Origin: Camelus dromedarius
Lineage: Eukaryota
DNA: 64,000 bases
NCBI RefSeq assembly: GCF_036321535.1
Contig: NC_087437.1
Span: 67,520,001-67,584,000 of the forward strand
Direction: 5' to 3'
Shown: positions 38,990 through 53,300 of the stretch, piece after piece
Layout: every line of letters starts with the position of its first letter
How positions within the stretch are numbered: position 1 is the stretch's first letter
Notes under the pieces: generated by a model
Databases searched by the model: none
What the model was told of the DNA's origin: nothing
What the model saw: only the letters and a program-made list of their open reading frames with translations
Translations under genes and position numbers: made by a program

Positions 38990-41900
38990 TCCTGAGGATT
39001 CAGAAATGATGACATGCAGAGTGCAGTAAGCTCTTTCCCCCTCAAAGATAGTCAATTAAGTAGATACATGTTTTTTAAATGTTTTAAGTCTCCTGAAGTT
39101 GTTCTAGGGGCATACAGCAAGTGAAGAAACATTAAAGGATATCTGCTATACCTGGGTAAGCATGAGAGACAATGGCATTTGAGCCATCAACTTCTTCCTT
39201 ATCCTTCATCCTAGCCTTGCTTTATAGGAACTCTTCTTGGGGTGCTTTACTCTGAGTGGATGCAGCCAAGAATACAGGGTTCTCTTTCCTCCCCAGACCC
39301 AGTCCAGGGCTGTCATTCTACTTAGAGCAAGCCATCAGGGTTCTCATCTTCCCCAGTCGTATGTTGCAGAAGCTCTATTGTGTTGTTAAAAGACTGTCCC
39401 TTAAAATACCCACCTCTTTTGTGTAGGAAGGACAACTTTACTCCAGGAACAGCAGGGTGAGAATACTGGGAACCTGATTGCCCCTGACCTAGCTTACTTA
39501 TAGGGCAGAATTTCCATATCAAAGGGGCAATCTGAAAAGGCCAAGAGGTACCTCCATCTCCCAGTGTCTATCTGTAGAGCAGCGACGTCACTCTGAGATA
39601 AGGGGATCACTGTTCCTGCCTCCAGTCCTTACATAGTGGCAAAGACTTCCCACCTGAGAGAGAGGCAGCGTATAGGATGAAGAGCGCCACAGCTCTGTCT
39701 GAGGAGGCTGACTCATTCAGATCAGGGCATGGAGAATTCCATGACTGCGAGTGTTACGGCGAACAAGGCAATCTTAGGGAGATTCTCATAGCCCCATGCT
39801 ACTTGTAGAAACAAGCAGAATGGCAGAGCAGCTAGAAATTTAATGGAGGGGACAAGGGAAAAAGACAGTCAAAAAGAGCTTCCTAGGATTGGAGTCAAGC
39901 CTGAGGATTGAGATGTCTGGGCAAATTCATTAGTCTATGAACACTCAGGAATGATCAGAACAGAATGTGGGGCAGACTTGAAAGCATTACCAAGCTGGAC
40001 ATAGATTCATCAGTAAAGGGTTTAAGCCCCAGTGACACAAGGGGTCTGTACCCACAAATGGATCTGTACCCACAAACAGATCTGTACCTGCATACATCAT
40101 AATCAACATTTTTTATTGAAGTACTGTCAGTTATGATGTGTCAGTTTCTGGTGTAGAGCACAGTGTCCCAGTCATGCATATACATACATATATTCACATT
40201 TATATCCTTTCTTCATTAAAGGCTATAATCAGCATTTTTGAAGTCAAAGATAGAGGGACAATCTCAAAAGCACCAAGAGATAAATGACTTCTCATGTACA
40301 AGAGAACCTCAGTAAATTGATAGCAGACTTGTGACCAGAAGCAACAGAGCCAGAAGGAATCACACACTCAAAGTGCTAAGGGTAAAAAACTATTGACCAA
40401 GTATCCTATATCCAGCAAAACTACCTTTTAAAAATGAAGATTAAAATACAGACTCCCAGATAGATAAACGATAAGAAAATCCGTTGTTGTCAGATCTTCC
40501 TTACAGTACTTAACAGTTGTTCTTCAAACTAGAAACAAGTAGCATCAGACAGTAATTTAAATCCACATGAGTAAATAAAGAATGTTAATAGGGTACTTAT
40601 GCAGGTGATTTTAAAAGATGATATGACTGAACTGTTTTCCTTTTTTCCCTTGATGGATTGAAAAAGTAGTTGCATAAAACTATGTGTATAATGTATTGCT
40701 GAACTCGGAACATGTAAATGTAATATATTTGACAATAATAGCACAAAAAATAACGATGGAAACAAAACAGAAGTGGAGTAAGGAAATGATATGAGATGGT
40801 AACTCAAGTCCATAAGAATAAATGAAGGGAATCAGAAATGATAAATACTTAACATAACAAGCTCTATAAGTTAATTCCTGCTTTCCTTTCTTCTCTAAGC
40901 TGCCTTAAACAACATAACACTACATAGGACGATTTTAATAATGCATTGTTGGGTTTGTAACATGTATTGAGGAAACATACAGCAATAGTAGCACAAGTAA
41001 GGCAAGAGGAAATGGTGCCACACAGAAGTAAACTTTCGGTATTTCACTGTAATTAAGTTATTGAAAATCTAAAGTATATTTTGGTAATTTAAGAACGTAC
41101 ATTGTAAATTCTAGGGCAACCACGAAACATTTTAAGAAAATATGATTAAATATTATTCACGGAATTAAAATATTACACCAGGAAATCCCTAAAAAGAACC
41201 AAGAAGGCAGTAAGAAAGAACAGAGGAATAAAAATAAATAAGACATACAGAAAACAATAAGGGAAATACTTAGAAGTAAATCTAATCATATCAGTAATAG
41301 TAATAAGTGTGAATAGATAAAGCGATATAATTAAAAGTCAAAGAACATGTGATTGAAAATAATAATAAGTAAAAATAAGCTCCAACTGTGTTCTGATGAG
41401 AGGAAACACATTTTAGATTCAAATATGCAAACAGTTTGGTAGTAAAAGAAGGGAAAAATACAGATCGTACAAAGGGTAATTATAAAAAAGTTGGAGTGTC
41501 TATACTAATACCAGAAAAATAGGCTTTACCACAAAATTACTAGAGAAAAAGAAGAGCATTTACAAATGATACAGGGTCAATCCATGAAGAAGATAGAGTG
41601 ATTAAAAATATACATACACCCAACAATAAAGCTCCAAAATATATGAAGCAAAAACTGACAGAAGTGAAGGGAGAAACAGGCATTTCAACAATAAAATTGG
41701 AAGCCTGCAATACTCTGCTTTCAATATGGATAGAACAACTAGGTAGATGATTAACAGGAAATAAAAGACTTGAACAAAAGTATAAACCAACTAGACTAAC
41801 AGACATCTCAAGAACACTCCACTTAACAGCAAATAAACATTTTTTCCAGGTACCTATGAAACATTTACAGGATAAATTATATGCTAGATCATGAAAAAAG

Positions 41901-44660
41901 GAACAATAAATTTAAAAGAATCAAAATCATTCAGAGTATGTTCTTTAATCAATGTGGAATTAAATGAGAAACCAACAAAAGGAATTTTTGTAAATTCATA
42001 AAAATGTTGCAATTAAACAACATACCCCTACTGAATGGTTGAAAAAAAGAAATGGCATTCCCAAACTCAGGAAATGCAGCTAACTGACTCAAAAAGAAAT
42101 AGAGAATCTAAAAGATTTATAACTAGTGCAGAGACTGAGTTAGTATTTAAATAACTTCCCACTAATAAAAGCCTATATGCAGCCTTCACTAGTGAATTTT
42201 ACCAAATATACAAGACGAATTCCAGTTCTTCACAAATTTTTAAATAAATAAAAGGAAGTTTTTTTAATAAGTAAAAAGAAAATTCATTCTATGAGGACAG
42301 TATTAGCCAGATAACAAAATCTGACAAAGATACCACAAGGAAAGAAAATTAGAATCAAATATTCTCACAAAAATCCTTAAAAAGTCACATCCAGATACAT
42401 ATAAAAAGAATTGTATACACTGACCAAGTAGGATTTATCTCAGTAATACAAAATCATTTTAACTGCTAAAAATTAACCCACTAGCATATCATAGTAATAG
42501 AATAAAGGACAAAAAATACATGATCATATCAGTAGACACAGAAAAAAGCATTTGACAAAATCCAACAGCTTTTCATGATAAAAGCACTTTATAACATTGG
42601 AACAGAAGGACAATTCCTCAACTTGATGTAACATATATACAAAAACACAGCTAAGATCATACCAAATGGCTAAATATTAAATGCCTCCTCTCTTAGGATT
42701 AGGAACAGAACAAGGATATCCACTCTTGCCATCTCCATTGAATATCGCATCTGGTTCTAGCTGGGGCAGTTAGGCAAGAGAAAGAAATGAAAAGCATCAA
42801 AAGTGAAAAGGAAGAAGTAAATTGTCTGTACTTGCTGGTAACATCATCTTACATATAGAGAATCCTAAGAAATACGCTTAAAGTATCAGAGCTAGTAGAT
42901 ACATTCAGCAAGATTGCAGGATTTAAGATGGATGTTCAAAAATTGGTTATATTTCTGTATATTAGTAATGAAAAAATGTGAGTATGAAATTAAAACAATT
43001 TCATTTACAATAGCACCAAAAATTATAATACTTAAGAGTGAATTTAACAAACTAGTGTGAGACTTGTACACTGAAAACTACAAAGCATTGTTGAATGAAA
43101 TTGAAGAAGTCTAAGTAAATGGATATACATCCCTTGTTCATGGATCTTAAGATTTAATGTTAAGATGGCAATACTACCCAAATTGGTCTATAGATTTGAT
43201 GCAGTCTATATCACAGCTCTTACTGACTTTTTTTTCCAGAAATTGATGAGTTGATCCTAAAATTCATATTGAAATGTGAGGGAAACAGAATAATCAAAAC
43301 AGTTTTGAAAAAGAAGAACAAAGTTGGATAACTTTCCAAATTCAAAACTTACTACAGTGCTATAGTATGACAATGAGAGATATAGATCAATGGAATCAAA
43401 TTTAAGTTCTAGAAATCCATATATTTAGCCATTTAATTTTTGACTAAGGTGAGAAGAATAGAATGGGAAATGAATAGTTTTCAAAAATGATGCTGGGACA
43501 ACTGGATATACACATATACAAACAAGAAATGAATTTGGATGTCTGTCATGCACCTTACACAAAAATCAACTCAAAATGAATTATATACCTTATAGAAATG
43601 TAAGAACTAAAACTATAAAACATTTACAAGGAAATAGGAGAAAACCATTGTGACATTTGGTTGAGCAATGGTGTCTTTGATGGGACATCACATTTACAAG
43701 TGACGAAAGAAATAGCTAAATTGAAGTATGTCAAAATTAAAAATGTTTGTGATGCAAATGGTACCATCAAGAAAGTGAAAAGAAAACTTGGCAAATCATA
43801 TTTCTGATAAAAGTCTTATGCCCAGAATATGTAAAGCACTGTTAGAAAAGAATAATAAAAAGACAAATGACTTGATTTAAAAATGAGCAGTGGTTTTGAA
43901 AAGATTTTTCTTTAAAAAAGATAGACAATTACATGAAAAGAAACACAGCATTAATCTTTAGAGAAGTGCAAATCTAAGCCACAATGAGATACCACTTCAC
44001 ACTCACTAGGCTGGCTAGTCTCAAAAATGCAATCAGTAACAAGTGGTGAGAATGGAGAGAAACTGGAACTTTATGCATTGCTGGTAGAAATGTGAAATTG
44101 TGTAGCCACTTGGAATATCCTCAAAATGTTAAACATAGAGTTACCACATCTCCTAGCAATTCTATTCCGAAGTATACAACCAAGAGGAATGAAAACATGC
44201 TCGTGTAGAAACATGTACCCAAGTGTTCACAGCACCATTACTTACAATAGCCATGGATTCGAAACACCCCAAATGTATGTCAGCTGATGAATGGATACAC
44301 AGAATGTGGTATGATTGTTCAATGGAAGGTTACTTAGCGATAAAAAGGAATGCAGTACTGATACATGGCACAACATAGATGAACCTTGAAAACATTATTC
44401 CAAGTGGAAGGAGCCAGTCCAATAATTCAGTTTCTATGAAATAACTGAAACAGGCAAATCTGTAGACACAGAAAGTAAATTAGTGGTTGCCTGGGTCTGA
44501 GATGGATAATGTGAATGGGAGTTTTTGGAGGGGTGATGAAAGTGTTGTAATCTTACGTTGTGATGAGGGTTGAACAACTCTGAATATTCATTGAATTATA
44601 TACTTTAAATGGGTGAATTTTATGGCATGTGAATAAAGATGCTAAAAGAAAGGAGGAAAG
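38990..44660 (+). mobile_element. Near-full-length old L1 (L1MB-like 3' end): 5' UTR, ORF1 C-terminus, spacer, ORF2, 3' UTR; internally deleted
   Basis: ORF1-end motif tcctatatccagcaaaacta near 40405. Endonuclease motifs (cacccaacaataaagctccaaaatatatgaagcaaaaactg). RT motif gaaaaaagcatttgacaaaatccaaca. 3' end tactttaaatgggtgaattttatgg. The 5' boundary is approximate. Confidence 0.8.
40114..40224 (-). mobile_element. Short, younger L1 3'-end insertion with TSD, inside the old L1 ORF1
   Basis: tattgaagtactgtcagtt...gtcccagtcatgcatatac. TSD ataatcaacattttt (40099-40113) / ataatcagcattttt (40225-40239). Confidence 0.8.
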
Positions 44661-44699
44661 AAAAAAGGTCTGATTTTTGCCTTGGTGATGATGAGGAGT

Positions 44700-45180
44700 T
44701 TTGCCAACTGTGAAGTTAGGCAGAACACAATCCACACAAGACCACTCTCACTTCTAACACTAACTCTAAGTTCAGGTTCAATAATTCACTAGAAGGAAGG
44801 ATTTACAGAATTCACTGAAAACTGTTACACCTGTGGTTACAATTTACTATAGAAAAAGGATGCAGGTTAAAATTAGGTATGTGGAAAAGCACACAGGGTG
44901 GAGTTGGGAGAAGCACTTCAGTGCTGGTTTACAAACGTGGAGTATTGCCCACCACGGAAGTTTGTCTGAAATGGGGAATTTGATTGAACCTCTAGTCCAT
45001 ATTATAATCAACGACTGATTAATTGACCAGCCCTTCTGGGAATAACCTAAAGCCTCTATCCTAGTCACATTATTAAACTATCCTGGCCCAAGACCTCCAG
45101 ACAAACTCCCATCAGACATGACATTTTAGAGGTTACCTTCCAGAAGCAGAGGACAAATGCCAGGCCTCTTTTGGGGCACA
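44700..45180 (-). mobile_element. MER21-like ERVL LTR
   Basis: cacaagaccactctcacttctaacac...caggttcaataattcactagaagga...ttagaggttaccttccagaagcagaggacaaatgccaggcctcttttgggg resembles antisense MER21. Confidence 0.65.
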
Positions 45181-47760
45181 CACAGGGGCATCGCCTTTGT
45201 ATCAACTTGGCAAGATTTAAATCCCTTGGAGGCTCAACTGTACTCCCTCATCTGCCTCAGATTCCTTACCCTTCTACGCTCAGTGGATGAAACCACTTCC
45301 TTTGTAGAGATGCACTCATTAAATAAGGATAAAGTGGGGGATGTAGTGGTGTGTAATCCTGGTGCTGCTCATAGCTGCTTATAGAGAGGTCAGGTCAAGA
45401 CTCCTGTGATTGTCCAGGTTTATTTGATTTATATTATCTTTGGAAATAGCTACCATTGCACCAAAACAAGTGGCGGTGTTTCTGACTATGTTTTATTCAA
45501 GCACTTTGAAGAATAATATTAACATTTTTTAAAAATGTTGAAATTATATCAACATTGATTTAAGAGTTGATCTATGAAGATGTCAAATCCCACTTTTATA
45601 CCACTGGTTTCTTCATTTTTTTAACTGGGGCATTATCATTCTCACATCACACTATTCTAACTCTCCAGTTCTGACCCCATGGGGACACTCTACAGTATTC
45701 AGAGCCCCTCTAATGCTGAAGTATACAGGTAACAAACAATGCCTACAGGTTTCTGAGCAGAACTTTTGTTCTTTTCTCCTGTGATTACCACCTTTTACTC
45801 TTCCTATTGCTCTAAGCTCATTTATCATGAGCACGGGGTGTATTACAGCTTCATGGGAGGTAAACAGGGTCAAGTCTGTTTATGGTTCTACTCCGTAATT
45901 ACCTCATAATGCTGGAAAGAACCTCCAAGATCTTGTATTCCCATAGAAATGAAGTGACTTGTTCCAGGTCACACTGTTCTAGAGCCCAGAAACCTAGCCC
46001 TAAACCAGTTATTTTTCTACAAAAAAAAAAAAAAAAAAGTCTTCAGCTTACAACACAAAGCATCAGATGGTACAAGAACTGCTGAGAGATGGCTCAGAGA
46101 CTGATAATAATTAGACAAATTCTCATATGGCAAAAATATTCAGTGAACATTTTTCTTTTATTCCGAAGTTCTTCTGAGAACAAGTGCTCTCTGTAAGTTC
46201 TTGATGTACTGAAGATACTGATTCAAGAAAATGGAATACTTTTCTTTATCTAACTGTAGTATCGACGTTCCTTCTGTCCTCAAAATTTTGCCTATTTCTT
46301 ATAAACTGGCAGGATGGAGAATGTATTTTTTTTATAGTTTAGCAGCTTATAGTTTAATCTACTACATTTTAAGGCACTCTCCTAGTACATTTGTAATTGA
46401 ATAAACTATGCTTTAAATTTTAATATATAAAACATGAACATTTTATGAACAAACCAATTAGGTCTAATACATTTTTATGCTTCTAAATTAACAAAATTGC
46501 TTTAGATATATAAGAGATGCTAAAAAGTAAACATTGCATTTGTTTCTGTCTTCCTTGAAATATCTTTAACTATAATAACAAAAAATGGAAAGATTTTTGC
46601 TGGCTGAAAAATCTTTGTAAATTAAATCTCTACTCCTATGGGGTCCTAGTTTCTATCTCAGACATTTTAAAGCAACTAAACACATGCTTTTTCCTATATA
46701 CAAAAGGAATGGCAGAGATGATGAAGGAAACTAGTGTTTAAACTCACACTCTGCTCTATCCTTCTGGCCTTGCCCCTTGAGTAGCAGAGACCAGGGCTAT
46801 AAAAGATAATGAAGAGAGGATTGTGGGGAGACACAGTGAGGGACTGAAAGTTTTGCAGCAATGGATAAGGAATGAGAGGAAGAGATCAAAATACCTGGAA
46901 GATGTCATATGAGGCAGGACTTGACAAAACCTTGCAATCATCCTAATGTTCTTTCAGTTTTCACTGTATAGCTGTGTACCAACATGTCTGGTATTTTTCT
47001 TGGTAGATTTTGCTTTCACCTTCTGTTCATGTCCTGGAAGAACATAAATCCTTTGGACAACGCTACCCTAAGCACTAATTTGTCATGCCCATTTCTGAAG
47101 AACACTTCTTCCCCCACCCCCCACTGCAGTGCACTGCTGCCTGGATTTGAGCATGGCTAAGCAGTCTCGGGACATCTGGTTTACTATCCCAGGTAACCTT
47201 GTTTTTATCAGGTCATCTCCAGTCTTCTTTCAGGAAGGTCCCTTGATCTTCAGAAAGATTTTGCCTTATTTCTGGGCTTTCTTTGTTTGCCGTGAGTACC
47301 AAAGGCATAGGATGCATGTTAACTATTTCCACAGCTGTAATTTAGTTCTCCTTACCGAGGTTTCCATAATAAGATCAGGTTCTTGTATCTCCAGTTGTTC
47401 TCCAGCATGCTTAGTTCCCTTGTTAAACCATATTTCTTCTAACTTGATGAAGAGTCACTAGGGAAGATGGAGCAAAGGGCAGGTTGTGAGTTGGCTACAG
47501 TGCTTGGTGAAGCTCAGAGGAGGCTAATGAGGACTGAGCAGAATGAGGATGTCTGGGAGCACCAGTGTGTCTGGGTTTGTTTCCTGGCATTGAGGACGTG
47601 TTTGTCATGGGCCCCGGTCCTCTGGTCAGGGCTGTCCCAAGTCCCACCTTTTCATGCAGTCTGTTCTGTTTATTCTAGTTTGAAGTCTCTTTTCTGACCT
47701 TCTAAAGGACTAAAAACTATGCAACTTAAGTTACAGTTTATATTTTTGAAGTCTTTTTGA

Positions 47761-47836
47761 TATCTGTTTCCCTAGACTCTTCAGCTAGATAGTGTATTCC
47801 TATCTATTTCCCTAGACCCTTCAGCTAGTGTATTCC
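47761..47836. repeat. 40/36-bp tandem duplication
   Basis: tatctgtttccctagactcttcagctagatagtgtattcc followed by tatctatttccctagacccttcagctagtgtattcc. Confidence 0.9.
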
Positions 47837-47979
47837 CCAAAATAACACATCCTTTATGGTTAGAGTGATATTCCGAATATATTCTGTACCTTTAACAGTA
47901 TCTAATATAATTTTAGATGCAAATATGAATTGCTCAAATCTATAAAGTGGAAAAGGACTTAAATAGGTTGAAATACAGG

Positions 47980-48940
47980 TTTATTAAGCACCTGTTATAT
48001 GCTGAGTATTTTTCTGGAATGCAGTGAAAACTCTGCTCTTAAGGAGCTTAAATTTATTTGGGAAAAGAATCAGCACACAATTTAAAGGTATAGCAACATG
48101 CTATGGCAATTTAGAGAATGAGTACCAGTTTGGGGATGGGTGTTATCCAGAAAGAGGAGGCCTTGGAAGATGAGTAGAATTTGATGGGTGGGAAAGGGAG
48201 GAGGTGCTTTCTATGTTGAGGAAATACTTATTAGGCTTTTTTTTCCTACAAAGTGTTTTCAGTAGAAATTTAGTTTTAATGAATATTATTAGTCACTTAA
48301 AGGTTTTTATGTATAAATACGGAGAGAATACTGAGCTGAAAGAGTCTTACTGTATTTATTGTAAGATTTCATAGTATTTCTTACATTGACAAGTAATATG
48401 AATCTTTACGACCAGCATAGAAAAAGTATTTTTATAATTTATTTGATTTTGAAACCATTAATTCCAAAAGTATCCCCCAGGATTAGTGTTCCCTAGAACA
48501 CATTTTGGAAAATTCTGAGCTAAATGAAAGACTCAGAGACATGAACATGTGTGGCATGTTTCTTGGACTCGCCAATACCTTGTTACAACCGATTTATGGT
48601 AAACGTCCATGGTGGTAGTAATAAAAAAAAAAAATGTATTGATGCAATTATAGGATGGAACATAGGGAAAGGCCTAACTTTAATCTTCCTTCCTAGGTTA
48701 TGAAGAGGTATTAAAGGGTTTTGAGGATCAGAGTGAGATTATCAAGTGAGGAAGATAATTCTGGTTTAAATGTGAACAATGTGTTGCAGAAGCCAAATAT
48801 TTTTGACAGCAAAACCAATTAGGAGGCCATTACAGTGGTGCAGGTGAAAGATAATGGGGAAATGCACTAACACAAGGGCAAGTAGAACACAGGAAGGACA
48901 GACAGGAGGCATCATAAAAATGGAATAGATAGAAATGTAA
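47980..48940 (-). mobile_element. L2 fragments (two blocks)
   Basis: tttattaagcacctgttatatgct (antisense L2 3' end) and aaccaattaggaggccattacagtggtgcaggtgaaagat. Confidence 0.5.
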
Positions 48941-48959
48941 AGATTGGTCACCCTTAGAA

Positions 48960-50330
48960 AAACTATTAATGAAATTCACTGCATTAATAGATTAAGGGGA
49001 AAAATCTGCAATCATATTGACATTAGCAATTATTATGTAAAATTCAATACATATTCCTATTTTCAAAATAAAGAAAAAACAATCTCTTAGTAAAAATGGA
49101 ATAGCAGTAAACATTCTTAACTTGATTAAAAGAATTTACAAGAAGCCGGTAGCAAATAGGCTATTTTATGGTTTTACCTTAGCGCCATTTTTATTATAGT
49201 CAGGACTTATTGGAGGTCTTAGTCTGTGAATAAGAGAAGAAAAGGAGGAAAAGGAAGAAGGGCTAGGAAACAAAGGTATATTTATTTGTGGGTGGTATCG
49301 TCTTCTATATAGAAAATCTCCCAAATATTTAGACATATTATGAATTAAAAAATAACTTATACAGGATGGCAAATTGCAGCTTTCTAAATGCTACTCCAAA
49401 CTTTTGTAGCATGACTTTATTGGATACTAAAAGCTAGAAATCCTAAGATTATATTTACCAATCTCCCTTTCAGCTCACTTTCCACATGTGATCTGGCTTC
49501 CAACAGCAGACACTCACAGGAGATACGTACAACTAAAAATGAGGCAGAGAACATGCTTCTGTTGTTCTTGCCGGCAGTGAGAGCTGGAAAATCATTTGGT
49601 GTTCTAGGGTGGCAGTAACAGTGTCCCCAGTGTTTGCATTCTCCCTAGTTTGTAGCTGCTAAGAGGTTTTCACCTTGGAGGTGGGAAGTGTGGCTCTGTA
49701 ATCCATAACTATGTATGCTTCTTGATGGCTGGGTTGTGACTGAGCTGTGGTCATGGAGTCAGCATGTAGACAGTGATTTTTTCATTCCGCAACATTCAGC
49801 CTCTGGCAGAGATATTTATTTCCTTGGCAGGCCAGTTCTAAGATGCTATTCCAGGTGTCACTCTTGGAAGCTCAGCCTAGAGTTTGCTCATCTGGCCCTT
49901 TCTACAACTTTGTAAGCACTTAATTCCCTGTATTAAATCCTTTTTTGTAGGGGCAGGAGTGGTATCTGTTATCTGTAAGTCTCTGACTGATATAACTAGG
50001 TTGCCTGATACAAGATTGACACAGTCCAGTCTTCATTTCCATAAAAGAACAAATCGATAGTTTATAAATTAAAAATGCCCACTTATAATAGTAACAAAAA
50101 ATGCATCTTTGAGATAATCACAAAAGATTGCTTAAACACATTACAGAAAACATGAAAAGCCGTATGGTACTCATGGCTTGGAAGATCCAATATTGTAAAA
50201 ATATCAGTTCTCTTCAAATTGAAATAAAGATTCAGTGAAATTTCCCCCCCAAACCACAATATGTTTGTGTGTGTAGAGGGGGACTTGACAGTCTTATTAA
50301 AAACACTGAAATTACAGTAGAGAGGCCAAA
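48960..50330 (+). mobile_element. Old L1 ORF2 remnant, interrupted by an LTR
   Basis: cactgcattaatagattaaggggaaaaa, tatatagaaaatctc, catggcttggaagatccaatattgtaaaaatatcagttctc. Confidence 0.6.
49374..49993 (+). mobile_element. ERVL LTR33/LTR41-like solo LTR
   Basis: tttgtaagcacttaattccctgtattaaatcc and terminal ctctgactgatata resemble this LTR group. Family call tentative. Confidence 0.45.
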
Positions 50331-50387
50331 TAACTTGAATCAGTTTATATTGATTTAATTACTGAATGTCAAAGACAACTATATTGA

Positions 50388-53300
50388 TTTTTTATTGAAG
50401 TATAGTTGATTTACAATGTTATATTAGTTTCAGATGTACAGCTGTGTGATTCAATATTTTTACAGATAAGTAGCTATTGTAAATAGTGCTTCTGTGAACA
50501 TTAGGGTACCTGTTTCTTTTGGAATTAATATTTTCATTTTTTCTGGATATATACTCAGGAGTGGAATTGCTGGATCATATGGTAGTTCTACTTTTAGTTT
50601 TTGAGGAACTTCCATACTGTTTTTCATAGTGGCTGTACCAGTGTACATTCCCACTAATGGTGTATAAGTGTGCCCTTTTCTCTGCATCCTTGCTGACTTT
50701 TGTTATTTGTAAACTTTCTGATGATAGCAATTCTGACAGATGTGAGATGATAGCTCGTTGTTTTGAATTGCACTTCTGTAATAATTAGCAATGTTGAGTA
50801 CCTTTTCTCATGCCTATTAGCCATCTGTATGTCTTCTTTGGAAAAATGTCTATTATAGATCTTCTGCCTGTTTTTTTTTTTTTTTAACTGGATTGTTTGC
50901 TTTTTTTGATACTGGGTTCTGTTAGCTATTCATATAGTTTGGGTGTTAATCCCCTTTTGATCATACCATTTGCAAATATTTTCTCTTACTTTGTAGGTTG
51001 TCTTTTCGTTTTGTTGTTGGTTTTCTTTGCTGTGCAAAACCTTTAATGATTAATTAGGTCCATTTATTTATTTTTTTTATTTTATTTCTTTTATCTTAGG
51101 AGACATATAAAAAAATATTGCTATGATTTATGTCAAAGAGTGTTCTGCCTATGTCCTCTTCTAGAAGTCTTATGGTTTCAAGTCTTAAATTTAGGTGTTT
51201 TAACCATTTTGAGTTTATTTTTTATATGGTTTGAGGAAATGTTCTAATCTCAGTCTTTTACATGTAGCTGTCTAGCTTTCTGAGGACCATTTATTGAAGA
51301 GACTCTCTTTTCTCCATTGAATATTCTTGCCTCCTTTATCATAGATTAATTAACCATAGTGTGTGGGTTTATTTTTGGACCCTCTGTTCTGTTCCATTGA
51401 TCTATGTGTATGTTTTTTGTGCTAGTATCATGCTGTTTTGATGATGGTGGCTTTGTAATATAGTCTGGAGTCAGGGTTATGATACCTCCAGCTTTGTTCT
51501 TTTTTCTCCAGATTGTTTTGGCAATTTGGGGTCTTCTATGGTTCCATATAAATTTTAGGATTATTTGTTCTAGTTCTGTGAAAAATGTCATGGGTATTTT
51601 GACAGAGAATGCATTAGATCTGTACATTGCTTTGGGTAGTATGGCCATTTTAACAATATTAACTATTTCATTCCAAGAACATGGGATATTTTTCTATTTC
51701 TTTGTGTAATTTTCAAATTCCTTCGCCAGTGTTTTGTAGTTTTCCAAGTATAAGTCTTTCACATCCTTGGTTAGGTTTATTCCTAAGTGTTTTGTTCTTT
51801 TTAATACAATTCTAAGCAGGATTGTTTTCTTACCTTCTCTTTTTGATAGTTCCATTATTACTCTATAGAAAAGCAACAGATTTCTGTATATTAATCTTGT
51901 ATATTGCAACTTTACTGAATTCACTTATTAGTTCTAATGCTTTTTTTGGTGGAGACTTTACAGTTTTCTATATACAGTATCATGCCATCTGCAGTGGTAG
52001 TTTTACTTCTTCCCTTCCAATTTAGATGCATTTTATTTATTTCTCTTGTCTCATTGCTATGGCTAGAACTTCCAATATTATGTTAAATAGAAGTGGCAAG
52101 AGTGGGCATCCTTGTCTTGTTCCTGAATTTAGGGGAAAGGCTTTCAGCTTTTCACTGTTGAGTATGGTATTAGCTGTGGGTTTGTCATAAATGGTCTTTA
52201 TTATGTTGAAATATATGCCTTTTGTACCCATGTTGAAGAGAATGTTTATCATGAATGGATGATGAATTTTGTCAAATATTTTTTCTTCCTATATTGAGAT
52301 GATCATGTGATTTTTATTCTTTCTTTTGTTATGTGACATATCATGTTGATTGACTTGTGAATATTGAACCATCATTGCATCCCTGGAATAAAATCCAGCT
52401 TGATGATGGCGTGTGATCTTTTTTATGTACTGTTGGGTTCAGTTTGCTAATATTTCGTTGAGGATTTTTGCATTTATGTTCATCAATGATATTGGCCTGT
52501 AATTTTCTTTTTTTGTGGTTTGCTTCTCTGGTTTTGGTACCAGGGTAATGATGGCCTCAGAGAACACATTTAGGAGTGTTCCATCCTCTTCCATATTTTG
52601 GAATAATTTGAGGAGAATAGGTTTTAATTCTTCTTTATGTTTGATAGAACTCCTGTGTGAATTCTGACCCTGGACTTTTGTTTTCTGACTATTTTTTTAA
52701 ATTACAGATTCAATTTCAGTACTAGTGATTGGTCTGATCAAATTGTCTGTTTCTTCCTGATTCAATCTTGGCAGGTCGTATGTTTCTAAAAAACTATCCA
52801 TTTCTTCTAGGTTGTCCAATTTTTTGTCATATAACTGCTCATAGTATTCTCTTATGATTTTTTTTTATTTCTGTGGTAGTAATTGTTATTTCTCCTCTTT
52901 AATTTCTTATTTTATTTATTTGGGTCCACTCTCTTTCCTTCTTGATGAGCCTAGCTGAAGATATATCAATTTTGTTTATCTTTTCAAAAAATCAGATTTG
53001 GTTTATTGACCTTTTCTGGTCTTATTTAATCTCTAGTTTATGTATTTCCTCTCTTATCTTTATTATTTCTTTCTTATACTGACTTTGTGTTTTGTTTGTT
53101 CTTTTTCTAATTCCTTTAGGTGGTAGGGCAGGTTGTTTATTTAAAATTTTTCTTATTTTTAGAGGAAGGCCTGTATCATTATAAACTTTCCTCTTAGAAA
53201 GGTTTTTGCTGCAGACCATAGATTTTGGAGTGTTGTGCTTCCATTTTTATTTGTCTCAAGGTATTTTCTGATTTCCTTTTTTATTTTTTAATTGACCCAC

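Noticed and set aside
27322..47836. Short direct repeats (27322, 40045, 47761) as CRISPR-like arrays
   Set aside because: Only 2-3 adjacent copies each, no unique spacers, no cas genes, and a mammalian context.
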